From NCBI GenBank assembly GCA_048884965.1, contig JBHLQH010000020.1, positions 1 through 63,717 of the forward strand: a stretch of DNA of 63,717 bases. The letters run 5' to 3'. This document shows, one piece after another, positions 29,200 to 38,870 of the stretch (its first letter is position 1; each line of letters opens with the position of its first letter). The notes under the pieces were generated by a model. The model had not been told where the DNA came from and did not search any database. It saw only the letters and a program-made list of their open reading frames with translations. The translations under genes and the position numbers were made by a program. The DNA comes from Candidatus Thorarchaeota archaeon (GTDB taxonomy: Archaea > Asgardarchaeota > Thorarchaeia > Thorarchaeales > Thorarchaeaceae).

Positions 29200-31642
29200 C
29201 GCCTGCTACCTCTTCTTCTTGTTGTGGACGAGCGGACTTGCTGCGTTTCGTGGACTCACTTCCAAGAGGGCCAATATCTGTGATGGTATTCACGAATTCT
29301 GTTATTTGGTTCGCAAAGTGATCTGCCTCTGACGCAGATGCGCTACCAAAGTAGAGCCTTCTCCCATCGATACCTGCTGCTTCAAGCGCTTCACGCAGAT
29401 GGTCCGTCCTATCCTTTGCATATCTCGCTCCTGACCGATAATGACAGTCCTGAACATAACAGCCCATTACTGCTACGCCATCCGCACCTTCAGCGAACGC
29501 AGTGAGTAAAGTGTCAATATTGAGACGACCCGTACAGGGAACCTGTATGTTGATCACATTTGGTGGATATTTCAGACGTGATGTTCCTGCTCTATCAGCA
29601 GCACTATAGGCACACCAGCGGCACAAGTAACCCACAATAGCTGGCCGCATGGGATTGAAGTGAACTGCAGCCTGGGTGGCACTTTCCAACTGCTCGTTGT
29701 TCAAACATGGTAAGTCAAGTGCTCCAGATGGACATGCTGCAGCACATGCGCCACAACCACGACATGCAGCCACATCGATTGTTGGAGTCTTTCCCTCATT
29801 GAACTTTATGGCATTAGGCGAGCATACTTGCTCACAAATCTTACAGCCCATGCAAAGATCGATATTGAATGATGGCACACAAGCCTCTGAGATGATATGC
29901 CCAACGGAAAGTAGTGTCTTGACCTTGGAGGCTGCAAGACCTGCGTGTGCGACCGTATCAGCAATATCCTTAGGGCCTTGAGACACCCCTGCTAGAAACA
30001 CTCCTTTCGAATGAGTGCTACTCGGACCTAGCTTCGGATGCTGTTCCAAAAAGAATCCATTCTCATCAAGTGGAGTCTTAAGTAGTTTTGAGAGTCTGAT
30101 ATTGCTTGGGTCCGGATCCATTCCAACCATAAGCACCACGATGTCTACTTCCATCTCAATCATCCGATGAAGTAGAGTATCTTCGGATCGTAGAATAGTC
30201 GTATTGGTTATTGGATCTCGGATAACCTCTCCAACGGCTCCTCGCACAAATATGGCCTTGAACTCCTTACCAGCCCTAATGTACAGCTCTTCTTGTCCTT
30301 TCCCAAAGGTACGCATATCTGTATAGAACATATAGGCTTCAATGTCTGGTAACTGCTGTTTGAGCTGAATAATTTCCTTGACGGCTTCCGAACAACAGAC
30401 CCTGCTACAATACGGTCTATCGAAACGAATTGACCGGCTTCCTACGCAAGTCACGAATGCCACTCGTTTCGGTGGCTTTCCATCAGATGGCTTGACGACC
30501 CTTCCATTTGTTGGTCCTGCAGGATTGATCAGTCTCTCAAACTCGATTGATGTCATGACGTCGGGATTCTCACCGTAGCCAAACTCCTGCACTATCGTTG
30601 GATTAAATGGTCTGTATCCCGTAGCCACGACGATTGCTCCGACATTGATAATCTCTGTTCTATCTACATCTTCGTATCGTAATGACTTGGGCTCACAAAC
30701 TCCAGCACAGGATTGACAACCAATACAACTGTCTATGTCAATATATGGCGCGATTGGCACAGTATCAATTGAGGGTCGCACCATCGCCCTTCTTTTGCCC
30801 AGGCCCTCGTTGTATTCATCTGCTACATCTACAGGGCAAACCTCTAGACATCTATTACATCCAGTGCATGTTTCAATGTCTACATATCTTGCTCTCTGCT
30901 TAACCGTGACCTTGTATTGTCCGACAGTACCCCTTACCTCCTTTACTTCGGCAAGTGTCATTATAGTGATATTGTCATGTCGCGAAGCGCGAGCCATCAT
31001 TGGTCCAAGTATGCATATGCTACAGTCAAATGTGGGGAAGAGCTTGTCCCACTTTGCCATATGACCACCAAGGAAGCCCTCTCGCTCTACTATGACAGTT
31101 TCTATTCCCGAATCTGCCAATTCCAATGCTGCAGATAATCCTGCTACACCACCGCCAATGACCAAAGCCCGTTGAGAGATGGGAACTCTATGCGTTGGAA
31201 TTGGTTCGGAACCTTGGACCTTTGCGATTCCTGTATCGATAATAGCTGCAGCTTTCTTTGTTGCCGTTTCAGGATCATCATAATGCACCCAACTGCAGTG
31301 TTCGCGAATATTCGCCATATGTAAATGACCTGGGTCCAGTCCTGCTTCCTTGATCGCATCTGAGAACAACTCATTATGAAGCAAGGGGGAGCATCCTGCA
31401 ATGACTACCTTCTCGATATCGCTTTTCTTGATTTTCTCAATGAGATCGTAGACTCCCTGCTCTGAACAAAGATGGTCATCGACTTCAACAAGAGGTATTC
31501 CATCTTTCTCATACTTCTCCCTGAGGGATTCGACGTCTATGACGTCCGCGATGTTCGTTCCGCATCGACACAGAAAGACACCTATGTTGTCTCTTTGCTT
31601 GTCCTTGTCGTTTGAGGTTTTTTTTGGGCTCAGGGGGACCAC
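29192..31642 (-). CDS. hdrA: Heterodisulfide reductase subunit A fused to C-terminal MvhD
   Basis: GVFLCRCGTNI, AGCSP, ANIREHCSW, VIGGGVAG FAD motif, CVGSR, CSRVCC, GPKDI; C-terminal CRWCAYSAAD, VPCTGR, DCHY (MvhD). Confidence 0.95.
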   Translation of the reverse strand: MVPLSPKKTSNDKDKQRDNIGVFLCRCGTNIADVIDVESLREKYEKDGIPLVEVDDHLCSEQGVYDLIEKIKKSDIEKVVIAGCSPLLHNELFSDAIKEAGLDPGHLHMANIREHCSWVHYDDPETATKKAAAIIDTGIAKVQGSEPIPTHRVPISQRALVIGGGVAGLSAALELADSGIETVIVEREGFLGGHMAKWDKLFPTFDCSICILGPMMARASRHDNITIMTLAEVKEVRGTVGQYKVTVKQRARYVDIETCTGCNRCLEVCPVDVADEYNEGLGKRRAMVRPSIDTVPIAPYIDIDSCIGCQSCAGVCEPKSLRYEDVDRTEIINVGAIVVATGYRPFNPTIVQEFGYGENPDVMTSIEFERLINPAGPTNGRVVKPSDGKPPKRVAFVTCVGSRSIRFDRPYCSRVCCSEAVKEIIQLKQQLPDIEAYMFYTDMRTFGKGQEELYIRAGKEFKAIFVRGAVGEVIRDPITNTTILRSEDTLLHRMIEMEVDIVVLMVGMDPDPSNIRLSKLLKTPLDENGFFLEQHPKLGPSSTHSKGVFLAGVSQGPKDIADTVAHAGLAASKVKTLLSVGHIISEACVPSFNIDLCMGCKICEQVCSPNAIKFNEGKTPTIDVAACRGCGACAAACPSGALDLPCLNNEQLESATQAAVHFNPMRPAIVGYLCRWCAYSAADRAGTSRLKYPPNVINIQVPCTGRLNIDTLLTAFAEGADGVAVMGCYVQDCHYRSGARYAKDRTDHLREALEAAGIDGRRLYFGSASASEADHFANQITEFVNTITDIGPLGSESTKRSKSARPQQEEEVAGGG

Positions 31643-31823
31643 CTTGTCATGATGAATTGACTATTTTGAACCTGTGACCATTTCATTTATCGAGTATAAA
31701 CATAAGCATTAGGGATTCACGGATACATTATGCAACTACCGCATGATTCATGTATAATCTTTTGATACCAAACGACAGCTTTCCCAAAGCATCCCAGATA
31801 GCCGAAATAATGGAGTCGAATAC

Positions 31824-32282
31824 GTGAAACTCAATCCAATGGAGCTGTACAACCTCCTTCCAAAGACGAACTGCAGGCTATGTGAACCAAAGACATGCAT
31901 GGCATTTGCCACAAAGATGGCGTTAGGGGATTTCCTACCAGACGACTGTCCCCCTCTTCTTGAAGCAGGCTTTGAGTCAAATCTCAAGAAGCTAAGGGAA
32001 CTTGTAGCTCCAATGCAATCTGCCGCTGAAACTGGGATAAAACTTGATGAATCCAAATGTACTGGATGTAGTAATTGCGTTGTCGTTTGCCCTGTCGACG
32101 TTGCAGCCGAACCTCCTACAGCTGAGGGGAAGGCTGCACAAAAGGGCACCACAGTTTTCTGGGTTGAGAATGGAATCTCGAAGATCATCAACTTGGAGAA
32201 GTGCAGACGATTCCCTCCAGACCGATTGAATTGCAGAGTCTGTGAGCAATACTGTTGTACTGATGCAATAGAGATTTGGTAG
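31824..32282 (+). CDS. fwdG: FwdG-like Fe-S protein (N-terminal FeS domain plus 2 x 4Fe-4S)
   Basis: LPKTNCRLC..TCMAFA..CPPL followed by CTGCSNCVVVCP and CRVCEQYC; directly upstream of fwdB. Confidence 0.75.
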   Translation: MKLNPMELYNLLPKTNCRLCEPKTCMAFATKMALGDFLPDDCPPLLEAGFESNLKKLRELVAPMQSAAETGIKLDESKCTGCSNCVVVCPVDVAAEPPTAEGKAAQKGTTVFWVENGISKIINLEKCRRFPPDRLNCRVCEQYCCTDAIEIW

Positions 32283-32287
32283 GTGGT

Positions 32288-33583
32288 ATGATGAAGGATA
32301 TCGTCTGTTCTGGATGTTCTCTCTTGTGCGATGATGTCGCAGCTGAGAATAATGATGGATTGATTAGGTCTCTTGGATTATGTAGATTGGGACATGCACA
32401 TCTGGAATCAGCACTAGCCCATCTCGATGGACAATCAATAGTACGAGAGGGAGGTACTGAAAGAGCTGTTACTCTTGATGAAGCACTTGGTTTGGCCGCT
32501 GATATTCTTTTAGAAGACGGGACTCCTCTTCTCTACGGATGGTCCCATACCTCCAACGAGGTCATCCGCGAAGGATTAGCTTTGGCAATGGATGTCAATG
32601 GCTATTTCGACTCGATTGCGAATTTGGGAGCGGCACAGGCACTCCGTCATGGCATCCATTCTTTGAAACTAGATACTGATTTGGAATATATCAGGAATCA
32701 TGGGGAACTCATCATATATTGGGGCTCTGATCCTAGCGAGAGCCTTCATCGGCATCCAAGTAGATTTGCTGTTCTTCCCCGGGGTGAGAAGATTCCTGAA
32801 GGTATTGAAAGTAGAACAATTGCTGTTGTCGATGTCCGTCAAACAGAAACCATGAAGATGGCCAACCATCGTCTCATAATTCCGATTGGCAGCGATGCCA
32901 AGCTATTGGAGGCAATCACGGCAGAGATTAGCGGTGAATCATCTATTAGTGGTGACATTCTGGGTATTCCTGCGGCAGAGGTGATAGGCTTTTCTCGCGG
33001 TTTCCAAAAATCCGACTGCTCTGTGATCTTCTATGGGAGTGGTCTTCTCCATTCCGGGAAATATCAGGAGAATCTTGATGCACTAAGCAAACTCATCCAT
33101 GCCATACGATCGACCGGCAAGGAAGCTTATGCGCTACCTATGTTCCCAGAAACTAATACCATGGGCGTCATTGAGGACGTCGTCGCATCAACATCTGCGC
33201 CATGCTCAGTAGATTACTCATCTGGTACTGGCGTGCACAAGTCTGATGAAACTGCGCTCGTGAAGCTAGCTCGAGGTGATTTCTCCAGTTCCCTCATCGT
33301 TGCTGATGACGTTCTGACCATGATACCTGGGCCTGCGGCAAAAGCACTTGCAGGGACAAAGATGGTATATATTGGTCCCTCTGGAACGATCAGTGACAAG
33401 ATGGCATCCTTGTCAATACATACCGCAGAGCAGGTGTTAGAAGAAGGCTTGGAGATGTCAAGAATCGATGGTGTCCATGTAACGCTAAGTGGTCTCAGCA
33501 TACCTGAAGAGGATCGTCAAGGTATTCTTCAAATCATTTCCAAACTACGTAAAATCATACAAGAACGAGGTACAGGCAAATGA
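32288..33583 (+). CDS. fwdB: FwdB/FmdB-like subunit lacking the canonical metal-ligating Cys (FhcB-like)
   Basis: CSGCSLLCDD...CRLG cluster, PLLYGWS, IIYWGSDP...HRH.SRF, VVDVR.TET, YGSGL; no CHG motif. Confidence 0.8.
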   Translation: MMKDIVCSGCSLLCDDVAAENNDGLIRSLGLCRLGHAHLESALAHLDGQSIVREGGTERAVTLDEALGLAADILLEDGTPLLYGWSHTSNEVIREGLALAMDVNGYFDSIANLGAAQALRHGIHSLKLDTDLEYIRNHGELIIYWGSDPSESLHRHPSRFAVLPRGEKIPEGIESRTIAVVDVRQTETMKMANHRLIIPIGSDAKLLEAITAEISGESSISGDILGIPAAEVIGFSRGFQKSDCSVIFYGSGLLHSGKYQENLDALSKLIHAIRSTGKEAYALPMFPETNTMGVIEDVVASTSAPCSVDYSSGTGVHKSDETALVKLARGDFSSSLIVADDVLTMIPGPAAKALAGTKMVYIGPSGTISDKMASLSIHTAEQVLEEGLEMSRIDGVHVTLSGLSIPEEDRQGILQIISKLRKIIQERGTGK

Positions 33584-34377
33584 AAGTCGCAGTGGCAGGA
33601 AAAGGAGGAGTGGGGAAGACTACAGTCGCTGGAACCCTTGCAAGATTTCTTGGTCGGGATGGTCTCAAAATCCTTGCAGTGGATGCAGACCCAAGCTATA
33701 CTCTCTGGTCAGCTATCGGAATTCCTCGTGATATAGCTGATACTATCGTCCCGCTGACAGAGAATGAGGAGCTGGTTGAGGAACGATTGCAGATAAAGGA
33801 AGTTGGACCGACATCCACTGGAGTTTTCAAGCTCAATCCCCGTGTTGATGATCTTGCAGCAAAGTTCGCTATCTCTGGACCGGATAATGTACATCTCCTA
33901 GTCGCAGGGACTGTTGATTTGGGAGGATCTGGATGTATGTGTCCTTCTGCAACACTGCTAAAGTCCTTGATGCGCCACCTAGTGATTGGAACAGATGAGG
34001 CTTTTGTGATGGATATGGATGCTGGGGTCGAGAACCTTGGACGTGGGACCACTCGTGGCATGGACGCCCTCATAGTCGTCGCAGAACCTGGCAGGAGGTC
34101 TCTCGATATCATGAAGAAGATCAAGCAGCTTGCAGCTGACATCGGTGTCGGATTGGTGTTTGCTGTAGGGAACAAGGTCGCGACTCCTGAGGATGAAGAG
34201 ATGATTCGTGAGAGTGTTGCTGCCGTCGGTATACCGCTTCTCGGAATCGTCCCACTCGACGACTTTATCCGGGAGGCCGATAGGAAAGGTGTGGCACCAA
34301 TCGACTTGAATGACAAGTCCCCAGGAATGCTTGCAATCAAGGACATCAAGGACCAACTAGTTGAGAAGACCTCTTGA
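33580..34377 (+). CDS. cooC: CooC/AcsF-type nickel-insertion ATPase
   Basis: GKGGVGKTT, DADP, GCMCP, DMDAGVENLGRG. Confidence 0.9.
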   Translation: MKVAVAGKGGVGKTTVAGTLARFLGRDGLKILAVDADPSYTLWSAIGIPRDIADTIVPLTENEELVEERLQIKEVGPTSTGVFKLNPRVDDLAAKFAISGPDNVHLLVAGTVDLGGSGCMCPSATLLKSLMRHLVIGTDEAFVMDMDAGVENLGRGTTRGMDALIVVAEPGRRSLDIMKKIKQLAADIGVGLVFAVGNKVATPEDEEMIRESVAAVGIPLLGIVPLDDFIREADRKGVAPIDLNDKSPGMLAIKDIKDQLVEKTS

Positions 34378-34438
34378 TGTGCTCATCGATTTGGCTTAGT
34401 TTCATACCAAAAGCATACCAGAAGCTAAAACCGTTTTC

Positions 34439-34451
34439 GGAAACGTACAAA
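34439..34451. promoter_or_regulatory. Conserved intergenic motif GGAAACGTACAAA (copy 2), next to an AT-rich TATA-like box upstream of cdhA
   Basis: Identical to 25759-25771; followed by aatatat. Confidence 0.45.
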
Positions 34452-34526
34452 AATATATCGGTTAACGATTGAAATCGAACATGTATTTTTGGTTCCGCGT
34501 CGGATTCATAACCTTGATATGCTCGA

Positions 34527-36914
34527 ATGGTGCAAGGCAAAAGCACTACGAACACAGGAACTGAGCGAGCTATGAAGAAGAAAGCTTACATCAAAGCCGA
34601 TGAAGCCAAAACCGGAATGGGCGTCTTCAAAGGGCTTGAGGTTCGCATTGGACAGATTGTTGATGATGAATGGGATGAACCCATGGGTCCAACACCGATG
34701 CCGGGTCCTACAACCCTACGCTCCTGGGATCACAAGCTTCTGACGAAATACCAACCATCATACATGCCCTATTGTCAGGTATGTTGCCTTTGCACAATGG
34801 GGAAGTGTGACCTCTCTGGAGATAAGAGAGGTGCCTGTGGGCTTGATCTGAAAGGTCAACAAGGACGTATCGTCCTAGCGGCAGCCAATATTGGCTGTGC
34901 AGCGCACCTTGCCCACTCAAGGCATATGGTTGATCACCTTATTGAGGAGTACGGACCTCGTACCAAACTTATCCAAGGTCCAGGAACCGAGATACATGCA
35001 CCTGTTTCGCGTTTGGTAACAGGGATGCGCCCTCGCACTTTGGAGGACGCAAGCATCATTCTCGATTACTGCGAGTCCCAACTCACGCATACCCTATCTG
35101 CCACAGCTACAGGCCAAGAAGGAAATTGGATGGACTTTGAAAGCAAGGTCTTCCATACTGGAATGATTGATCAGCTCTCCATGGAGATAGCTGATTTGGC
35201 ACAGATTTCCACTCTTGACCTGCCACAGGCTGACCCCGATGCCCCACTTGTCGAATCAGGTATTGGTATGATGGACATGAACAAGGCTATCATTCTGACT
35301 ATCGGACACAACATCGTACCAGCGGCCTCAATTACAGATTATATCACTGAAAAGCGATTGAATGATCAGGTTGAGGTAGGGGGAATGTGTTGTACCGCAT
35401 GGGATATCACTCGGAGAGATCCAAAGGCAAAGGTCATTGGCCCAATCTCTTGGCAACTCCGGTACATCCGTAGTGGAAAGGCCGATGTGGTTGTTGTGGA
35501 TGAACAGTGTGTCAATACCAATGTCGTGAATGAAGCACGGAAAGTTGGAGCCCCAGTCATCTCTACTAGCGATAAAGCTGTGATGGGATTGCCAGATAGA
35601 TCTGACGATCCTGTTGACCGTATCGCAGAAGAATTGATCTCAGGGAAGATTCCTGGTGTCTACTTTCCAGATCATCGCAGAGTCGGTGAGTTAGCTACCA
35701 AAGTAGCTCTTGCAGTAAAACCTGCTCGAAGGAAGAAGAAGTACTTCCCGAGCAAGAAGCAGATACAGAAGATGGCTGAGGAATGTAAGAAATGCATGGA
35801 ATGTGTCCGTGCATGCCCGAATGACCAGAACGTGCAAGAAGCAGTATTGGCAGCTCAGACAGGTAATCTTGAGCCTCTTCGTGAGATATATCACAACTGC
35901 ATTGGCTGTGCTCGATGTGAATCCGCTTGTCCGAATGACTATGATCTCCATAGCTGGATGGTCGTAGCGGCTGAGAAGGATTGCGAAAATGAAACTCACA
36001 TCGTTCGAACTGGCCGAGGTGCGATTCAGGATACTGAAATTCGAAGGGTTGGGCAACCAATCGTCTTTGGTGAGATTCCTGGAGTCATAGCACATGTTGG
36101 TTGTGCCAACTACCCGGGTGGAGGTCAGGATGTTCACGATATGGCTGAGGAATTTGCCAAACGCAGGTTCATTATAGTCACATCCGGTTGCGCAGCTATC
36201 TCGGCAGGGACCGTCAAAGATGAGAACGGTCAATCGATCTATGAACGAAGAAGTGGTGAGTTCGATGCAGGATGCGTGGTCAATGTTGGGTCATGTGTAT
36301 CAAACTCTCACATTGCGGGTGCTGCTATTAAGATCGCAGCTATCTTTGCAAAGAGGAATCTTCGAGGAAATTACGCAGAAATTGCAGACTATATCCATCA
36401 CCGTGTAGGTGCGGTTGGAATCTCGTGGGGAGCAATGTCCCAGAAGGCAGCGTCCATCGCTGCAGGTTTCTGGAGACTCGGTGTTCCTGTGATTGTAGGT
36501 CCACATGGTTCCAAGTACCGCAGAATGCTGCTCGGAAGAGCAGACCATGAACGGGACTGGGAGGTCTACGATGCACGAACTGGAGAGCGTATGATAACAG
36601 CTCCCGGGCCGGAGCATCTGTTCTATGCGGCAGAAACTGTTGCTGAGGCGAATGTCCTTACAGCAAAGCTCTGTATACGACCAAACGATACTGGAAAGGG
36701 ACGGTCAATCAAGTTGAGTCACTATGTCGACATCCATGAGAAGCACTATGGTTTCTTCCCAGAGGATGTCTGGAGGTATATCAGACGTGATACCGACATC
36801 CCTATCACGCTCAAAGACAAGATACTCGCTCAGATGAAGGAGAACAAGTGGAAGGAACGACCGATTCCTGATCCCACCCTGCTCAAGGAGCAGATCATCG
36901 GAGGTGGTGACTAA
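34527..36914 (+). CDS. cdhA: CO dehydrogenase/acetyl-CoA synthase subunit alpha
   Basis: MGPTPMP, CCLCTMGKC, GMCCT, DEQC, two extra ferredoxin motifs, GSCVSN, GAMSQKA. Confidence 0.97.
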   Translation: MVQGKSTTNTGTERAMKKKAYIKADEAKTGMGVFKGLEVRIGQIVDDEWDEPMGPTPMPGPTTLRSWDHKLLTKYQPSYMPYCQVCCLCTMGKCDLSGDKRGACGLDLKGQQGRIVLAAANIGCAAHLAHSRHMVDHLIEEYGPRTKLIQGPGTEIHAPVSRLVTGMRPRTLEDASIILDYCESQLTHTLSATATGQEGNWMDFESKVFHTGMIDQLSMEIADLAQISTLDLPQADPDAPLVESGIGMMDMNKAIILTIGHNIVPAASITDYITEKRLNDQVEVGGMCCTAWDITRRDPKAKVIGPISWQLRYIRSGKADVVVVDEQCVNTNVVNEARKVGAPVISTSDKAVMGLPDRSDDPVDRIAEELISGKIPGVYFPDHRRVGELATKVALAVKPARRKKKYFPSKKQIQKMAEECKKCMECVRACPNDQNVQEAVLAAQTGNLEPLREIYHNCIGCARCESACPNDYDLHSWMVVAAEKDCENETHIVRTGRGAIQDTEIRRVGQPIVFGEIPGVIAHVGCANYPGGGQDVHDMAEEFAKRRFIIVTSGCAAISAGTVKDENGQSIYERRSGEFDAGCVVNVGSCVSNSHIAGAAIKIAAIFAKRNLRGNYAEIADYIHHRVGAVGISWGAMSQKAASIAAGFWRLGVPVIVGPHGSKYRRMLLGRADHERDWEVYDARTGERMITAPGPEHLFYAAETVAEANVLTAKLCIRPNDTGKGRSIKLSHYVDIHEKHYGFFPEDVWRYIRRDTDIPITLKDKILAQMKENKWKERPIPDPTLLKEQIIGGGD

Positions 36915-36916
36915 CC

Positions 36917-37462
36917 ATGATGCGTGCAGTACCATGGCAGACTGGTGAGATATGCGGTCCAGATGCCGCAAAGACACTCAACAAAGCTGAACAATTGAAA
37001 CGTGATTGGACTAAAGCTAAGAAGCCCCTCATGATTGTTGGATCCGATGCTGTGAAAGTCAAGTATGGAAAGGGTGACCTGATCGATTATTCTATCGAGC
37101 TATCAAATGCTGGGAAGATTCCCGTCGTCGCAACTGGTGGAGCAATCAAGCACTTCATCGAGCGCGGCTTTGAAGGTGCAAAATCCATGGGCGCTATGGA
37201 GATTGTAGGTTATCTACAAGATCCCGATTGGAAAGGCCCCCATGGAAAAGGGCCGCATGACTTGATTTTCACTCATAGCATGCCATACTATATGGAATGG
37301 ACCCTGCTATCAGGAGTCATGAACTTTGCTAGGCATATCACTCCTATCGCACTGGGTAGGTACTACCAACCCCATGCGACCTGGAGCATGCCCAACTTGA
37401 AAGAGAAAAACTACCAAGAATTGCTCAAAGAGATTCTTGAATTCATAGGAGGAGGTAAGTAA
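36917..37462 (+). CDS. cdhB: CODH/ACS subunit epsilon
   Basis: PWQT, AKKPLMIVG, LQDPDWKG, YYQPHATWS; lies between cdhA and cdhC. Confidence 0.92.
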   Translation: MMRAVPWQTGEICGPDAAKTLNKAEQLKRDWTKAKKPLMIVGSDAVKVKYGKGDLIDYSIELSNAGKIPVVATGGAIKHFIERGFEGAKSMGAMEIVGYLQDPDWKGPHGKGPHDLIFTHSMPYYMEWTLLSGVMNFARHITPIALGRYYQPHATWSMPNLKEKNYQELLKEILEFIGGGK

Positions 37463-37463
37463 A

Positions 37464-38870
37464 ATGTCGTTTGAAGATATTCCCGTCGACATCGGCGTTA
37501 TCTACGAAGGCGAGCGCGTTCGCGGTAAGGATATGTTTGTCGAGCTCGGCGGTCCAAAGATGGAAAAGAAGTTCGAGCTCGCCATCGCCCGTGATATGGG
37601 CGATGTAGAAGATGAAAAGATAACTGTGATCGGTCCAGACCTCAAGGACATGGAACCAGAGAGCTATCATCCTTTGGCTATAGTAATTGAAGTGGCAGGG
37701 AAGGATATAGAGCCTGATCTAGAAGGAGTCATTGAGAGAAGAATCCATGAATACATCAACTTTGTTGAAGGGATGATGCACCTCAACCAACGATACGATA
37801 TCTGGTTGAGGCTTAGCAAGAAATCTTTCGATAAGGGCTTTAACTCATTGGAATATCTGGGTAAGGTATTGATACGACTCTTCAAGAGCGAGATGAATAT
37901 CATCGAGAAGATTCAGGTGACCTTTATCACTGATCCGAAGGTCGTTGAAGAGCGCTATGATGATGCCATAAACAGATACAACGCACGAGATGAGCGCGCA
38001 AGAGGACTGGAAGATACTGAGGTAGATACCTTCTATGGATGCTCCCTGTGTCAGTCCTTTGCACCGACTCATGTCTGTACCATCACTCCTCAGAGATATG
38101 CGAACTGTGGAGCTATCAGTTGGTTCGATGGGCGAGCTGCGGCACGAGTAGACCCCAAAGGTCCTCTCTATGCAATTCCAAAAGGCGATACCATCGATGA
38201 CTTCAAGGGAGAGTATACTGGTGTTAACCAAGCATATACAGAGAAGTCCCTTGGAAAGGTCAACTCTGTAGCACTCTATAGCGCGTTCGAAAAGCCCCAC
38301 ACGAGCTGTGGTTGCTTTGAGGCGATCGCATTCGTCATCCCTGAGGTGGACGGACTTGGTATTGTGCATCGTGACTTTAAGGGTGAGACTGTGAATGGTC
38401 TTCCTTTCTCAAGTATGGCTGACTCGACTGCTGGAGGTCGACAAGTACCTGGATTCCATGGGATATCCATTGAGTATATGCGTTCTCCAAAGTTCCTTCA
38501 GGTCGATGGAGGTTGGGACCGAGTAGTATGGCTACCCGAGTCCATCAAGGAACGTGTGGTTGAGTTCATTCCTGAGGAAGTTCGCGACAAGATTCCCACA
38601 GAAACTAATGCCATGTCGATACCTGACCTCAAGAACTTCTTGAAGTCTAAGAATCATCCAGTGGTTGATAGGTGGGTTGAGCTTGAGGAAGAAGATGACA
38701 TGTCAGTTCCAATGGAACGAGATGCGGATGGAGCCGTCACCGTGCCTGGTGACATGACAGCTTTCGTAGGAGGTGTGGGTGGTGGTCTTGAGATCATCTT
38801 CAAGAATGCCAAGATCTACGCTGAGAAAGTTATCATCCGCCGAACAGGGACGGGTGAAAAGAAGAAATGA
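37464..38870 (+). CDS. cdhC: Acetyl-CoA synthase subunit beta
   Basis: YEGERVR, ELGGPK, CSLCQSFAP, PHTSCGCFE, GGWDRVVW. Confidence 0.97.
   Translation: MSFEDIPVDIGVIYEGERVRGKDMFVELGGPKMEKKFELAIARDMGDVEDEKITVIGPDLKDMEPESYHPLAIVIEVAGKDIEPDLEGVIERRIHEYINFVEGMMHLNQRYDIWLRLSKKSFDKGFNSLEYLGKVLIRLFKSEMNIIEKIQVTFITDPKVVEERYDDAINRYNARDERARGLEDTEVDTFYGCSLCQSFAPTHVCTITPQRYANCGAISWFDGRAAARVDPKGPLYAIPKGDTIDDFKGEYTGVNQAYTEKSLGKVNSVALYSAFEKPHTSCGCFEAIAFVIPEVDGLGIVHRDFKGETVNGLPFSSMADSTAGGRQVPGFHGISIEYMRSPKFLQVDGGWDRVVWLPESIKERVVEFIPEEVRDKIPTETNAMSIPDLKNFLKSKNHPVVDRWVELEEEDDMSVPMERDADGAVTVPGDMTAFVGGVGGGLEIIFKNAKIYAEKVIIRRTGTGEKKK

Noticed and set aside
31824-32030. CdhE-like N-terminal Fe-S domain on FwdG as a novel fusion
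   Set aside because: To my knowledge this architecture already occurs in FwdG/FmdG of some methanogens, so I used it only to support the annotation.
29192-33583. Selenocysteine recoding in hdrA, mvhD or fwdB
   Set aside because: The ORFs are continuous with no in-frame TGA; Cys is present in the HdrA and MvhD motifs.
33696-34349. 217-aa antisense ORF over cooC, and similar shadow ORFs across cdh, hdrA and the giant protein
   Set aside because: They lie entirely opposite or out of frame within well-supported genes, with Ser-rich composition and no motifs.
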